From Acidimicrobiaceae bacterium (GTDB lineage: Bacteria; Actinomycetota; Acidimicrobiia; Acidimicrobiales; Aldehydirespiratoraceae), in NCBI GenBank assembly GCA_016845585.1, contig JAERSO010000076.1:8565-72564 (forward strand): 64,000 nt of DNA, given 5' to 3'. Below the pieces are notes generated by a model. The model was not told where the DNA came from. It made no database searches and was given only the letters and a program-made list of their open reading frames with translations. Positions 45,856 to 57,155 of the stretch are shown in pieces; within the stretch, counting starts at the first letter, position 1; each line of letters begins with the position of its first letter. A program made the position numbers and the translations under genes.

Positions 45856-47010
45856 ATGGCCCGCATCTACGACGAGACCCACGACCTGTTCCGGGAGAGT
45901 TTCCGATCATTCGTCGACGCCGAGATGGTTCCTCACTTCGACCAGTGGGAAAAAGACGGCATCATGGATCGCGAGATCTATGCCAAGGCCGCCACCCACG
46001 GCTTCGTCGGATTCAACCTTCCCGAGGAACACGGCGGTGGCGGAAGCGACGACTTCCGCTTCAACGCGGTCATCGACGAGGAACTCGCCTACGCCGGGAT
46101 GGGTGGCGCCGGCAACGGCATCAGCCTCGTGAACGACATCGTCGGCCCGTACTTCGCCGAGTACTGCAATGAGGAACAGGCTGCTCGCTGGCTGCCGGGC
46201 ATCGCGGCCGGCGAACTGATCGTGGCCGTCGCCATGACCGAGCCGGGCACGGGGTCCGATCTGGCCGGTGTCCAGACCACGGCCATCGCCGACGGTGACG
46301 AATACATCGTGAACGGCGCCAAGACCTTCATCACCAACGGCATCAACTCCGACCTGGTGGTCGCCGTCGTTCGGACCGACCCCGACGCCGGGCGAGCCGG
46401 GTTGTCACTGCTCGTCATCGAGCGAGGCATGCCCGGTTTCGAACGAGGTCGCAATCTCGACAAGATCGGCCAGAAGAGCGCCGACACCGCCGAGTTGTTC
46501 TTCAGCGATGTGCGCGTCCCCAAGGAGAACCTCCTCGGCGAGGAAGGGAAGGCCATGGAGTATCTGTCCTTCAACCTCGCCCAGGAACGACTCTCGATCG
46601 GTGTCACCGGCGTGGCTGTCGCACAGGCGGCGCTCGACTGGACCATCGACTATGTGAAGGACCGCACCGCGTTCGGCCAGCCGATCGCCTCATTCCAGAA
46701 CACCAAGTTCACGCTGGCCGAGATCGAGACGGAACTCGCGGTGAGTCGACCGTTCATCGACGACTGTGTGATCAAGCACAACGCCGGCGAACTCACCGCC
46801 GCAGGTGCCGCCAAGGCGAAGCTCTGGGGCTCGGAGCTGCAGAACACGGTGACTGACCGTTGTCTCCAACTCTTCGGAGGCTACGGCTACATGACCGAGT
46901 ACCCGATCGCCGTCGCCTACGCCGACGCCCGAGTCGCCACGATCTACGGCGGCACGTCGGAGATCATGAAGACGATCATCTCCAAAGAAGTGCTCGACGG
47001 GCACGCCTAG
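45856..47010 (+). CDS. acyl-CoA dehydrogenase
   Basis: 384 aa with AMTEPGTGSDLA, GAKTFITNG, QLFGGYGYM and YGGTSEI. Confidence 0.9.
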   Translation: MARIYDETHDLFRESFRSFVDAEMVPHFDQWEKDGIMDREIYAKAATHGFVGFNLPEEHGGGGSDDFRFNAVIDEELAYAGMGGAGNGISLVNDIVGPYFAEYCNEEQAARWLPGIAAGELIVAVAMTEPGTGSDLAGVQTTAIADGDEYIVNGAKTFITNGINSDLVVAVVRTDPDAGRAGLSLLVIERGMPGFERGRNLDKIGQKSADTAELFFSDVRVPKENLLGEEGKAMEYLSFNLAQERLSIGVTGVAVAQAALDWTIDYVKDRTAFGQPIASFQNTKFTLAEIETELAVSRPFIDDCVIKHNAGELTAAGAAKAKLWGSELQNTVTDRCLQLFGGYGYMTEYPIAVAYADARVATIYGGTSEIMKTIISKEVLDGHA

Positions 47011-48196
47011 CGGGGAACGATCAGCGCCGACGCCGCTTCGGTGATGTTCGATGCGGCACCGCGGGCATAGACCTCGTCCGCGGTCGCGCCCAGCTCGGCC
47101 CGAGCAACGTCTCGCGCTGTTTGCAGGCGGGCCTGCTCACCGGGCGACCGAAACGGGAGCTCGCGACGATCGGGGGTGGCGTCCGCGAGGCCGGCCAACC
47201 GGAGCGCGGCCCCGTGTTCACCGAGTTGATGGGAAACGAACGCAAGCTGGGATGCGACCCGATGGGTCTCGCCGTCGAATGTGCCGAGCAGGGCCTCGAC
47301 CGCACGCGCCGCCACGCTCCGGGCGAGCATCTCGTCACCATTGCCGGCGTGAACCCTGGCTGCGGTGGCGAGCGTCCAGGGGTCGTAGAAGGTGATCGTC
47401 CCACCGGTCGACACCGCCAGGGACCGCGCCGCCGCTTCCAACGCTCGCTCCGGGAGGTCGAGATCGGCGTAGATCTCGGCCAGGCCGGCACACACATGGA
47501 TCAGCGAGGCGCGGTTGTCGAGGTCACGACAGTTGCCCAGATGCATGTACAGGTGGGGAATCAGGATCTCGAGACCAGGCATCTGTTCGATCATCTGAAT
47601 GAGCTCGAGTTGGGTTGCCACACCGCTCTCGTGCTCGCCCGACGTGACCAACGCAAGGCCGCTCATCCGCATGACGTGTCCGAGGAGGACCACGTCGCCG
47701 AACGCCTCGGCGCTCACGCGGGCTCGGCCCATACAGTCGAGCGCCTCGTCGTGGCGACCCTCCCACCAGAAACGAACGCCCCGGTAGAACTCGGCATTGG
47801 TTTGCGCGACCTGATCGCCGACCTCGGTGGCCATCTCCATGGCGATGCAGTTGTGTTCCTTGTCGTACTGGTGAAACGGGCCGGGGCGGCCGCGAAGCAC
47901 GTGGACCATGGCCCGGGTGGCGGTTGCCGTTGGAGCACCGCGTTGAGCGAAAGGCCCTTCTCGGTGGCCGGAACCGGCACGGACAGCTGCTTGGAGCGAG
48001 CGAGACACTCGTCGGCCAAGCGATCGAGGATCTCGCCGCGAACGGCTGGGTCGAGCATCTCCAGGCCGACGTCGCGCAGCGGCTCGGGCACGGAGTAGGG
48101 CGCAGCGACTTCGGGGGCGAACTGCACCAACCCGAAATCGACGAGCCGTGAGATCTGAGCGCGGGCGTCGTCGACGCCGATGAGCGCCGCCATCAT
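47007..48196 (-). pseudogene. orphan winged-helix + TPR module of a STAND/AfsR-LuxR-type regulator, read in two frames (frameshifted or mis-assembled) and lacking an NTPase domain
   Basis: Frame A (from ATG 48196) reads MMAALIGVDDARAQISRLVDFGLVQF...PEPLRDVGLEMLD...RLADECLARS. Frame B (to the stop at 47007) reads ...YDKEHNCIAMEMATEVGD...FWWEGRHDEAL..., then TPR-like repeats to ...ARGAASNITEAASALI. The frame switches somewhere in about 47900-47990. Confidence 0.5.
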
Positions 48197-49032
48197 CGCC
48201 GATCGAGGCCGGTGATACTCACCGCGGTGTGGCCATCGGGCCACAACACCGCGGCCGTATCATCGTCGATCAGGATGAAGGCGCCGTTGTCCGTGCGAAC
48301 CGCAGATTCCGGGGCGAGCGGTTCGCCGTCGAGCGTGACGAGGTCCTCGGCAGTCAGGTCGATCACCAGTGTTCGCCCATCGACGGCCAGGGCAACGCCG
48401 GCGACCACCGAGACCCTCGTCGAGTCTCCGTACGGCGCAGTCCGCACCTGGACCTCCAGATCGCCGCTGCTGGATCTCATGGCGACGTACTCGCCGACGG
48501 CCTGGAAGTCGTACCGGTCGCCATCGACGGTGGCGACGTGAGGCTCACCGGCGAGATGGGGACACTGACTCCGCACGATGTTGCCGAGCGGAATGTAGGC
48601 GTCATTGAATCCATCGACCACGGTCAGCGGGGTGGTCAGCACCGAGAAGACGTCCCAGGTACCGAAGACCCCGACATCGATGAGATCGAGACCACCGGGC
48701 CCGCCGCCCTTCAGAGCCGGCGGCAACAGATCGGGATCGCCGAGCTTGGCGACGAACCGGGGAAGATCACCGAGGAATTCCTCGATGCCGCACCGCGAGC
48801 CGTGACCGGGAGGATCTCCGCCGTCGACACCGTCTGCGGAGCCTCCAGAGGCGCCATCGTCCTCACCATCAGCGCCGTCGTCCGCGGCGCCATCACCCGG
48901 GCCGGCGTCGCTCTCGCTGTCGTCGTTGGTGACGATCAGGACGAGTACTGCGAGAATGCCCGCGATGATCGCCGTGAAGAGGAAGATCCGCTTCCTGATG
49001 ATCCGCGTGATGACGTCGAGAGAAATGTCCAC
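48193..49032 (-). CDS. membrane-anchored protein with acidic linker and VWD-like domain
   Basis: TM helix IFLFTAIIAGILAVLVLIV, a D/G/A-rich linker, then GEPHVATVDGDRYDFQAVGEYV, which resembles the GDPH...TFDG..Y.F.G.G.Y signature of von Willebrand type-D domains. The stop overlaps the next start (ATGA). Confidence 0.6.
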   Translation of the reverse strand: MDISLDVITRIIRKRIFLFTAIIAGILAVLVLIVTNDDSESDAGPGDGAADDGADGEDDGASGGSADGVDGGDPPGHGSRCGIEEFLGDLPRFVAKLGDPDLLPPALKGGGPGGLDLIDVGVFGTWDVFSVLTTPLTVVDGFNDAYIPLGNIVRSQCPHLAGEPHVATVDGDRYDFQAVGEYVAMRSSSGDLEVQVRTAPYGDSTRVSVVAGVALAVDGRTLVIDLTAEDLVTLDGEPLAPESAVRTDNGAFILIDDDTAAVLWPDGHTAVSITGLDRR

Positions 49033-49091
49033 GACGGCAACGTAGGCAACGTGAACAAAGCCTCAGCAAAGGGGCCTGCGTGGTCGTCGAC

Positions 49092-49922
49092 CTATGACCC
49101 GACCTGAAATCCGTGGTCGACCGACCGATCGCGCAGGACGCTGATGGGGTCGCGCACATCGTCGATGTACCCCAGGGCGTACGCCCCCAGGCGATAGCCC
49201 ATCAGCCGTTGGAGATCCTCCGGGAAGGTGGCCGCAACCTCGCGCGGGACACTCAGGTACTGGTTCTCCTCCTGGCGGAGGAAGCTCACGTTGTAGGTGA
49301 TGTTGATGGCGCGGCGGTGCCGATCCGTCGTGTTCTCCCCACCGCCGTGATAGACGGAGCCGCTGTAGAACAGCACGGATCCCCGGCTCATCTCTGCCGG
49401 CACCGAGTCCTCGATCCCGAACCGCAGCTTGTCCTCACGCCGGTTGCTGCCGATCACCAGCCGGGTGGCGCCGTTCTCCTCGGTGAAGTCATCGCCCGCC
49501 CAGATCGTGTTGCACTGCACGTCGTAGCCCGTCGGGAACTCGAAGAAGTCGAAGGCCCACTGGTCTCGATGGATCTGCTGGGCCGGGCTGTGTGGGCCGA
49601 TGTCGATGATCTGGGTGAGGTGGAGCTGATAGCTCGTGACGTGCGACAAGAAGTCGTCGCACGTGGCGAGCACGGTCGGGTGCATCACGAGGTCCTGGGC
49701 CGTCTTCGACCGGGCGAGCAGCCCTCCGGTTCGCCTGGTCGAACGACCGGAGAAGTCGTCGCTGCCGCCCGGGGTGGCTTCAACATGCGGCTGCATTTCC
49801 GCAAAGAAGGCGTCGAGCGTCGCGTCGTCCGCGACATCGTCGACGATGACGGCACCGTCGCGTCGCATCACCTCGGCGATCTCAGCTCCGCTTGCGGTCG
49901 AGGGCAGATGGACGATGCTCAT
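49092..49922 (-). CDS. phytanoyl-CoA dioxygenase (PhyH) family protein
   Basis: 276 aa from ATG 49922. Fe ligands QIHRDQ (HxD), YHGGGEN and RRAINITY, arranged as in PhyH-type 2OG oxygenases. Confidence 0.8.
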   Translation of the reverse strand: MSIVHLPSTASGAEIAEVMRRDGAVIVDDVADDATLDAFFAEMQPHVEATPGGSDDFSGRSTRRTGGLLARSKTAQDLVMHPTVLATCDDFLSHVTSYQLHLTQIIDIGPHSPAQQIHRDQWAFDFFEFPTGYDVQCNTIWAGDDFTEENGATRLVIGSNRREDKLRFGIEDSVPAEMSRGSVLFYSGSVYHGGGENTTDRHRRAINITYNVSFLRQEENQYLSVPREVAATFPEDLQRLMGYRLGAYALGYIDDVRDPISVLRDRSVDHGFQVGS

Positions 49923-49967
49923 GCGATCAGTCTTGGCGAGACGGACCGACGCGAGCAAGCATGCGTC

Positions 49968-50591
49968 ATGCGAATCGTCTTCTTCCTGTACGAGGGACTC
50001 ACGACGCTCGACATCATCGGGCCTCACGACGTGCTCTCCCGGCTGCCCGATTGTGAGGCCATCTCGGTCTCCAAGGACGGCGGTCCCGCGATGGCCGACA
50101 CCGGTGTGCTCGGCCTCACCGCCACTCACGCGATGGGAGACGTTGATGCGTGCGACGTGCTCGTGGTTCCGGGCGGGGTGGCCGGCACCTTCGCTGCCGC
50201 CGCTGACGAGGAAATCCTCGACTGGATCCGAACGGTCACTGCTGACGCCACGTGGATCACGTCGGTCTGTACCGGATCACTCATCCTCGGTGCAGCCGGG
50301 CTCCTCGACGGGAGGAAGGCCACGACCCATTGGGCCGCCATGGAGATGCTCGCCGGCTACGGGGCCGAGGCGGTGACCGCACGCTCGGTTCGCGACGGCA
50401 ATGTGATCACTGCTGCGGGTGTCTCCGCCGGGATCGACATGGCGATCGAGTTGGCCGCCACGATCGCAGGCGACGAAACCGCCCAGGCCATTCAGCTGGG
50501 CATCGAGTACGACCCCGCTCCCCCATTCGACTGCGGTTCCCCGGCAAAGGCGGGCGCGGCGATCATCGAACGGGCCCAGTCGGTCTTCTAG
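49968..50591 (+). CDS. DJ-1/PfpI family protein
   Basis: 207 aa from ATG 49968. MRIVFFLYEGLTTLDIIGP, nucleophile elbow SVCTGSLILGAAGLL and ITAAGVSAGIDMAL-like. Confidence 0.85.
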   Translation: MRIVFFLYEGLTTLDIIGPHDVLSRLPDCEAISVSKDGGPAMADTGVLGLTATHAMGDVDACDVLVVPGGVAGTFAAAADEEILDWIRTVTADATWITSVCTGSLILGAAGLLDGRKATTHWAAMEMLAGYGAEAVTARSVRDGNVITAAGVSAGIDMAIELAATIAGDETAQAIQLGIEYDPAPPFDCGSPAKAGAAIIERAQSVF

Positions 50592-51472
50592 CGGGCCGGG
50601 TTCTCCACTCGCACCGCCGGCATCCAGTTCGGACCCGCCGTGGCATCGATGCGCGCGACAAAAGCGTCGTGCAACGGCTCGACAATGTCGAGCAGTTGAT
50701 GGGTGTGAACCTCACCGAGCGCCTGCCAGGCAGGGGCCGTCAACACATCGGTCCTCGTCTCGAGCGCCCACCGGAAGTCCTTCCCGACGTCGTTCAGCGC
50801 CCCGTTCGTCGCGAAACCACGTGACTCGAGCCGCTGCCATGAGGCCGCCACCTCGTCGTCGCCTGCCCCACGGCTCCGGGCGATCCATTCCGGCTCGTAC
50901 TCATCGGCGGACACCATTGCCGTGTGCAGGAGGCCGACGTCGACCGGTTCCAGACCTTCACTGGCGCAGAGCGCCCAGTGATTGTCACCGCGGAACTCTC
51001 GCAGGCAGTTCACGGCGAGCCAGGCCGAGAGCGCAGGATCGAGGTCGTCAGGACGGGGCCGTGCGCGGTGGGCGGCGAACATGGGGCGGGCCCCGGCGAA
51101 CAGCGAGTCGGCCGCGGCCCAGAGTGATCCGGCGAGCGGCGCCAACCGCTCGGGAAGGTCGGGATCCACGTCGCCCAGTCCCTGAAGCACAGCGTCGTCG
51201 CGGGCCCGCATGATCGACTCGCAGTCGGCGACGCCGCGGTACATCCCCATCACGACATCGATCACCGACGGATGGATCGAATAGCACGCGGCCGCAACCA
51301 CCGCTGGTTCCACGTCACCGAGTGCGGCCGCGCGGCAGGCCACGATGTAGCCGCGGCCCTCGTCGATCCCCAACCGGCCGTAGTTGTCCTGAGCCACCGG
51401 GTCGAACAGGACCCAGCCCACGAGGTCGTGGCAGGCCAGGCCTGCTCGCTGCGAGAGCTGGGTCCAGTCCAA
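50588..51472 (-). CDS. conserved hypothetical protein
   Basis: 294-aa ORF with strong GC3 bias, cytoplasmic-looking and helical. A 4-nt overlap with the convergent DJ-1 gene end. I do not recognise the family with confidence. Confidence 0.55.
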   Translation of the reverse strand: MDWTQLSQRAGLACHDLVGWVLFDPVAQDNYGRLGIDEGRGYIVACRAAALGDVEPAVVAAACYSIHPSVIDVVMGMYRGVADCESIMRARDDAVLQGLGDVDPDLPERLAPLAGSLWAAADSLFAGARPMFAAHRARPRPDDLDPALSAWLAVNCLREFRGDNHWALCASEGLEPVDVGLLHTAMVSADEYEPEWIARSRGAGDDEVAASWQRLESRGFATNGALNDVGKDFRWALETRTDVLTAPAWQALGEVHTHQLLDIVEPLHDAFVARIDATAGPNWMPAVRVENPAR

Positions 51473-51475
51473 GTG

Positions 51476-52282
51476 TCAGCCGCCGAGTGAGTCGAGCGCG
51501 ATCCCGCACTCGCTGAACACGCCCATGATGGTGGGGATGAGGTCGGGCGAGGGGGCTTCCCCTCCGATCAAGGCGAAGAACTCGATGAAGTCCGGGTGAT
51601 CGATGAGACACTCGGCCTGGTCTCGGGTGAAGTCGCCGTCCTCGATCATCCCGCTGATGATCAACTCGCGGCCACCCTCGCTCTCCAGCATTCCCAGGAA
51701 GATCTCCGGCGTGGCCAGCGCGTCCTCGAAGGAGTTCGAACCGGACGAGGCGTCCCCACCGTCGATGGACTCCGTCGGGCAGTTCTCCTCCTCAAAGGCA
51801 TCGAGCCGAGCGTTGGCTGCGGCCTGCTCAGGCGATTCCTGCAATGCCTCGATCTCGGGCAACGCAGCAAAGAAGTCGAAGTCGTGCGCCTCGAGGATGA
51901 CGATGAACTCCTCGAAGCCCGCGAGCAGGACAGCGATGTCGTCACGGATCCGTTGCGGCGACTGCGGCAGGACATCACGAATCGCGTCCCGGGTGCCGTA
52001 CACCCAGCCACGAACCGACTCGGGATCCGACGGATTGATGTTGTCCGTCGCGGCATTGCTCGCGGCCCTCGCCTCGCAGTAGATCGCCGCAGCGGCGGAG
52101 TCGTCCTCCATGTCCGGATCGTCAGCGGCGTCGTCGCCGCCGGAAGAATCATCCGACTGGGAGGTGTCGTCCGACGACGTTTCGGTCGGATCGCCGTCGG
52201 AACCACAGCCCACAGCCACGACGACCACAGCGACGAGTGCGACGAGCACGCGGAAAAGCAGGGAAATGGGAGATGTACGCAT
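51476..52282 (-). CDS. lipoprotein with acidic linker
   Basis: MRTSPISLLFRVLVALVAVVVVAVGC (lipobox), a long D/S-rich linker, then a roughly 190-aa helical domain. Confidence 0.65.
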   Translation of the reverse strand: MRTSPISLLFRVLVALVAVVVVAVGCGSDGDPTETSSDDTSQSDDSSGGDDAADDPDMEDDSAAAAIYCEARAASNAATDNINPSDPESVRGWVYGTRDAIRDVLPQSPQRIRDDIAVLLAGFEEFIVILEAHDFDFFAALPEIEALQESPEQAAANARLDAFEEENCPTESIDGGDASSGSNSFEDALATPEIFLGMLESEGGRELIISGMIEDGDFTRDQAECLIDHPDFIEFFALIGGEAPSPDLIPTIMGVFSECGIALDSLGG

Positions 52283-52345
52283 GACGCAACAGTACCGGCG
52301 GGCCGCCTCGGCTCACTGCCGCAACTGCGTTCTACACTCGCCATC

Positions 52346-53314
52346 GTGATCCCACTTGACGGCCCCTTCTACGACGATCTCTCCGTCGGCCAGACACTCC
52401 CCGTTCAGCCGGCACTCGTGGTCGACGAAGGCATGGCCGCGCTCTACCAGTCGATGTTCGGCGAACGGCTTCCCCTCGCGCTCGATCCGAGCGCCGCCGA
52501 GGCGGTCACCGGCTCGGCTCGACGGCTGGCCAGCCCCGGCCTGGTCGCCATGATCTCGACCGGCCAGAGCACCACGGTCAGTCGACGCGTGATCGCCAAT
52601 CTCTTCTACCGCGACTTCCGCTTCCTGCGCCCGGTGGAGATCGGTGAAGCACTGACCACGACGGTGACGGTGGCCGCAATGGCGGACGGGTCATCGAAGC
52701 CCGGTCGGCAGGAGCGCGGCAAGGTGCTCGTCGACATCGAGACCCGGTCCGGCGACGATCTCGTCCTCGCCTACCAACGCTGCCCGATGCTGCCCTCCCA
52801 TGCCGATGGCCCGCTGGGACATGACGACGACCTCGGCATCGTCCCCGCGCTGGATCTTCCGGCGTACCTCCCGCTCGTGCCCGACGGCTGGGACCTCGGT
52901 GCGCTCGGCGAACCGACGCCGTGGGCGATCGGCGAGACCATCGTCGACCCGATGCGTGACGCGATCGACAACGCCACCGGCCTGGTGCGCATGACGCACA
53001 ACCTGGCGATGATCCATCGCGACGCCACGATGTCTCCGTACCCGACTCGCCTCGTGTACGGCGGCCATCCGGTCGGACTGGCGCAGGCGTCGCTGTCTCG
53101 CGTCGTCAACGGACTCGCCACCGTGCTCGCATGGCACGAGTGCGACCATGTCGGCCCCGCCTTCGAAGGCGACCTGCTGTCCTTTCGCCACACCCTCGTC
53201 GACGAGACCCCGTCCGGCACCGGCCGGGTCGTGGCCGTGCAGGTCGAAGGCTTCGCCGAACGAGACGAGTCGGTCAGAATCCTCGACTGGCTCGTCGTGA
53301 TCGCCGCGCCATAG
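52346..53314 (+). CDS. MaoC-like double hot-dog (R)-hydratase family protein
   Basis: 322 aa from in-frame GTG 52346. Two hot-dog-like halves (…FYRDFRFLRPVEIGEALT… and …YGGHPVGLAQASLSRV…GDLLSF…). The track's upstream extension is antisense to the lipoprotein gene. Confidence 0.65.
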   Translation: MIPLDGPFYDDLSVGQTLPVQPALVVDEGMAALYQSMFGERLPLALDPSAAEAVTGSARRLASPGLVAMISTGQSTTVSRRVIANLFYRDFRFLRPVEIGEALTTTVTVAAMADGSSKPGRQERGKVLVDIETRSGDDLVLAYQRCPMLPSHADGPLGHDDDLGIVPALDLPAYLPLVPDGWDLGALGEPTPWAIGETIVDPMRDAIDNATGLVRMTHNLAMIHRDATMSPYPTRLVYGGHPVGLAQASLSRVVNGLATVLAWHECDHVGPAFEGDLLSFRHTLVDETPSGTGRVVAVQVEGFAERDESVRILDWLVVIAAP

Positions 53315-53338
53315 AGCTCACCGCTCCCGTCGCACCCT

Positions 53339-55228
<1,890 letters not shown>

Positions 55229-55282
55229 CTAACTCCATCGGCACGAAAGTCAACAACACGAGCTGTTCGAGGCCGAGATGGA

Positions 55283-55990
55283 TCAATCGAGCGCGTCCAA
55301 GAACTCCATGACTGCTGCGGTGAACACATCGTTTCGATCACCGGCGACCATGTGCGCGGCACCGGCCACGTCCACGAATGCGGCATTGGGGAGTTGGGCG
55401 ACGAACGCCGGATCCCAGTGCCAGTGCCACCGTCCGTCGCGCTAGCGAAGGTTCTTGCGCAGTCCTTCCGGAGCCGGCGGCTTCTGGCGGTGCGGGTTGT
55501 AGGCGGCAACCGCGGCCGCCGCTTCATCCAGGGAGGCGAACCCGTCGACGAGGTGGGCGCGAAGAAACTCGCCGATCCGCTCTGTACCGGCCTTCTCCAG
55601 TGTGGGGAGACTGTCGACCAGGACGAGCCCACGCGCCAGCCCGGGACGCAGGCGACCAAGGGCCACGATCGACGCCAAGCCACCAAGAGACGCCCCCCAC
55701 GAGGACCGGCGGTTCGCCGATCCGGTCGACGACCGAGACGACATCCTCGGCGAACATGTCGAGGCGGTAGTCGCCTTCGGGATCCCAGTCGGAGTCACCG
55801 TGGCCTCTGGCATCGACGTTGTAGGTCAGCCGGCCTTGCCGGGCCAGCTCCGATGAGGTCGTCCCCCAGGAGTGCCGCGTCTGTCCCCCGCCGTGGAGAA
55901 AGACGACCGGGGGGGGTGCTCGGGATGACCACGTCGGTCACCACGGACCATGATTCCCGACGACTCGAATTCGACTGCGGTGGTGTCCAT
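55283..55990 (-). pseudogene. alpha/beta-hydrolase pseudogene (two homopolymer frameshifts, one in-frame TAG, probable internal deletion)
   Basis: Pieces across three frames: MDTTAVEFESSGIMVRGDRRGHPEHPP | PVVFLHGGGQTRHSWG...DMFAEDVVSVVDRIGEPPVLVG | (G)ASLGGLASIVALG...GLRKNLR-TAG-RDGRWHWHWDPAF-VAQLPNAAFVDVAGAAHMVAGDRNDVF. The frame changes fall at G8 (55909-55916) and C6 (55693-55698). TAG is at 55442-55444. Confidence 0.7.
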
Positions 55991-56002
55991 GCGGCCGCGA
56001 AC

Positions 56003-57124
56003 CTATCGCTGGATGGTCGAGCGGTCTGCATCGACCGATGGCCCGTTGATCCACTCCACGAGCTGATCGGTGGGCATGGGTCGGGCGATACCGTACCCCT
56101 GGAGTCGGTCGACACGCACCCCACGCTCGACCATGTGATTCTTCACCGCGATGGTCTCGACCCCCTCGGCGACGGTGAGCAGATCGAGGGCACGTCCGAG
56201 CTCGCTCACCGCTGACACGATCGCGAGGTCATCCTCGCTCGGCGCCATTGCCATGATGAACGAACGGTCGATCTTGAGCGACGTGACCGGAAGTCGACGG
56301 AGTCGAGCGAGCGATGAGTGGCCGGTGCCGAAGTCGTCGATGGCGATTCCGACACCGAGCTCTCCGAGCGCACTCAGGACGGCTCGGGCCGTCGAGTGCT
56401 CGTCGACCATCTCGTCCTCGATCACCTCGACGGTGACCCGCTGAGGCGCAACGCCGTAGCGTCGCAGCGACGAGTCCAGGACCTGCGGAACCGAGGTGCG
56501 CATGAGCGAGCCGGCCGACACGTTCACCGAGACGCCGATTGACGGACTCAGGCGGGCGGCGAGATCAGCGGCCTGGTCGAACACGAGGCGATCCATCGAC
56601 GACCGGTGGCCGATCGCCGGCCCCGTGCCCGAGCACTCGGGTGAAATCCACTTGGTGTCGACGGTCGCCATGTCTGCCGTCAAGCGGCGGATGACAACGC
56701 CTTCGGCACCGAGGAATGTCCCGAGCACCTGACACACGTTCTGGGTCGCCTCGGCAGCCGAGGCCGGCGTGGCGGCGAGGCAGATCTCGGCCACCTCAGC
56801 GAGAAGGCTGTCCATCTGGCCCCGATCACGCAGGTCGTGTTCGGCTCTGACACGGCGACGGCTGTGACGAAGCAGTGATGCCATGCCTCGCATCGGAGCT
56901 TCGGGCGCACGTTTCCACCGGGAGCTCACGGTGATCGCGACCAGAGAGAACGAGTCACCGGCCTCGATCGTCGCAACGGACAATGAGCCTGCGTCAGCGT
57001 CGCTCGGGGCGGAGTCGAGGACCGCGGCGAGCTCGATGGCCGGGAGCCACAGCATCTCCAATTCTGCTCGCGCCTGATCAGCCGGTTCCACGGTAGACAA
57101 TCGGCGGGGATTCGCCTGAATCAA
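56003..57124 (-). CDS. EAL-domain protein with degenerate EAL motif and N-terminal sensory-like region
   Basis: 373 aa with a TTG start. The C-terminal EAL fold has VNVS, EVIEDE, DDFGTGHSSL, KIDRSF, EGVET and QGYGI, but VDT occupies the place of E-A-L (ATVDTKWISPE). Confidence 0.75.
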   Translation of the reverse strand: MIQANPRRLSTVEPADQARAELEMLWLPAIELAAVLDSAPSDADAGSLSVATIEAGDSFSLVAITVSSRWKRAPEAPMRGMASLLRHSRRRVRAEHDLRDRGQMDSLLAEVAEICLAATPASAAEATQNVCQVLGTFLGAEGVVIRRLTADMATVDTKWISPECSGTGPAIGHRSSMDRLVFDQAADLAARLSPSIGVSVNVSAGSLMRTSVPQVLDSSLRRYGVAPQRVTVEVIEDEMVDEHSTARAVLSALGELGVGIAIDDFGTGHSSLARLRRLPVTSLKIDRSFIMAMAPSEDDLAIVSAVSELGRALDLLTVAEGVETIAVKNHMVERGVRVDRLQGYGIARPMPTDQLVEWINGPSVDADRSTIQR

Positions 57125-57155
57125 GTGCGGGGCCCACCGCCCGATTCAGCCCCGC

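Noticed and set aside
55442-55444. In-frame TAG in the alpha/beta hydrolase read as pyrrolysine or programmed read-through
   Set aside because: The same gene also carries two frameshifts and an apparent deletion. Pyl decoding is not expected in this lineage, and no pyl genes are in view. A nonsense mutation in a pseudogene is the simpler reading.
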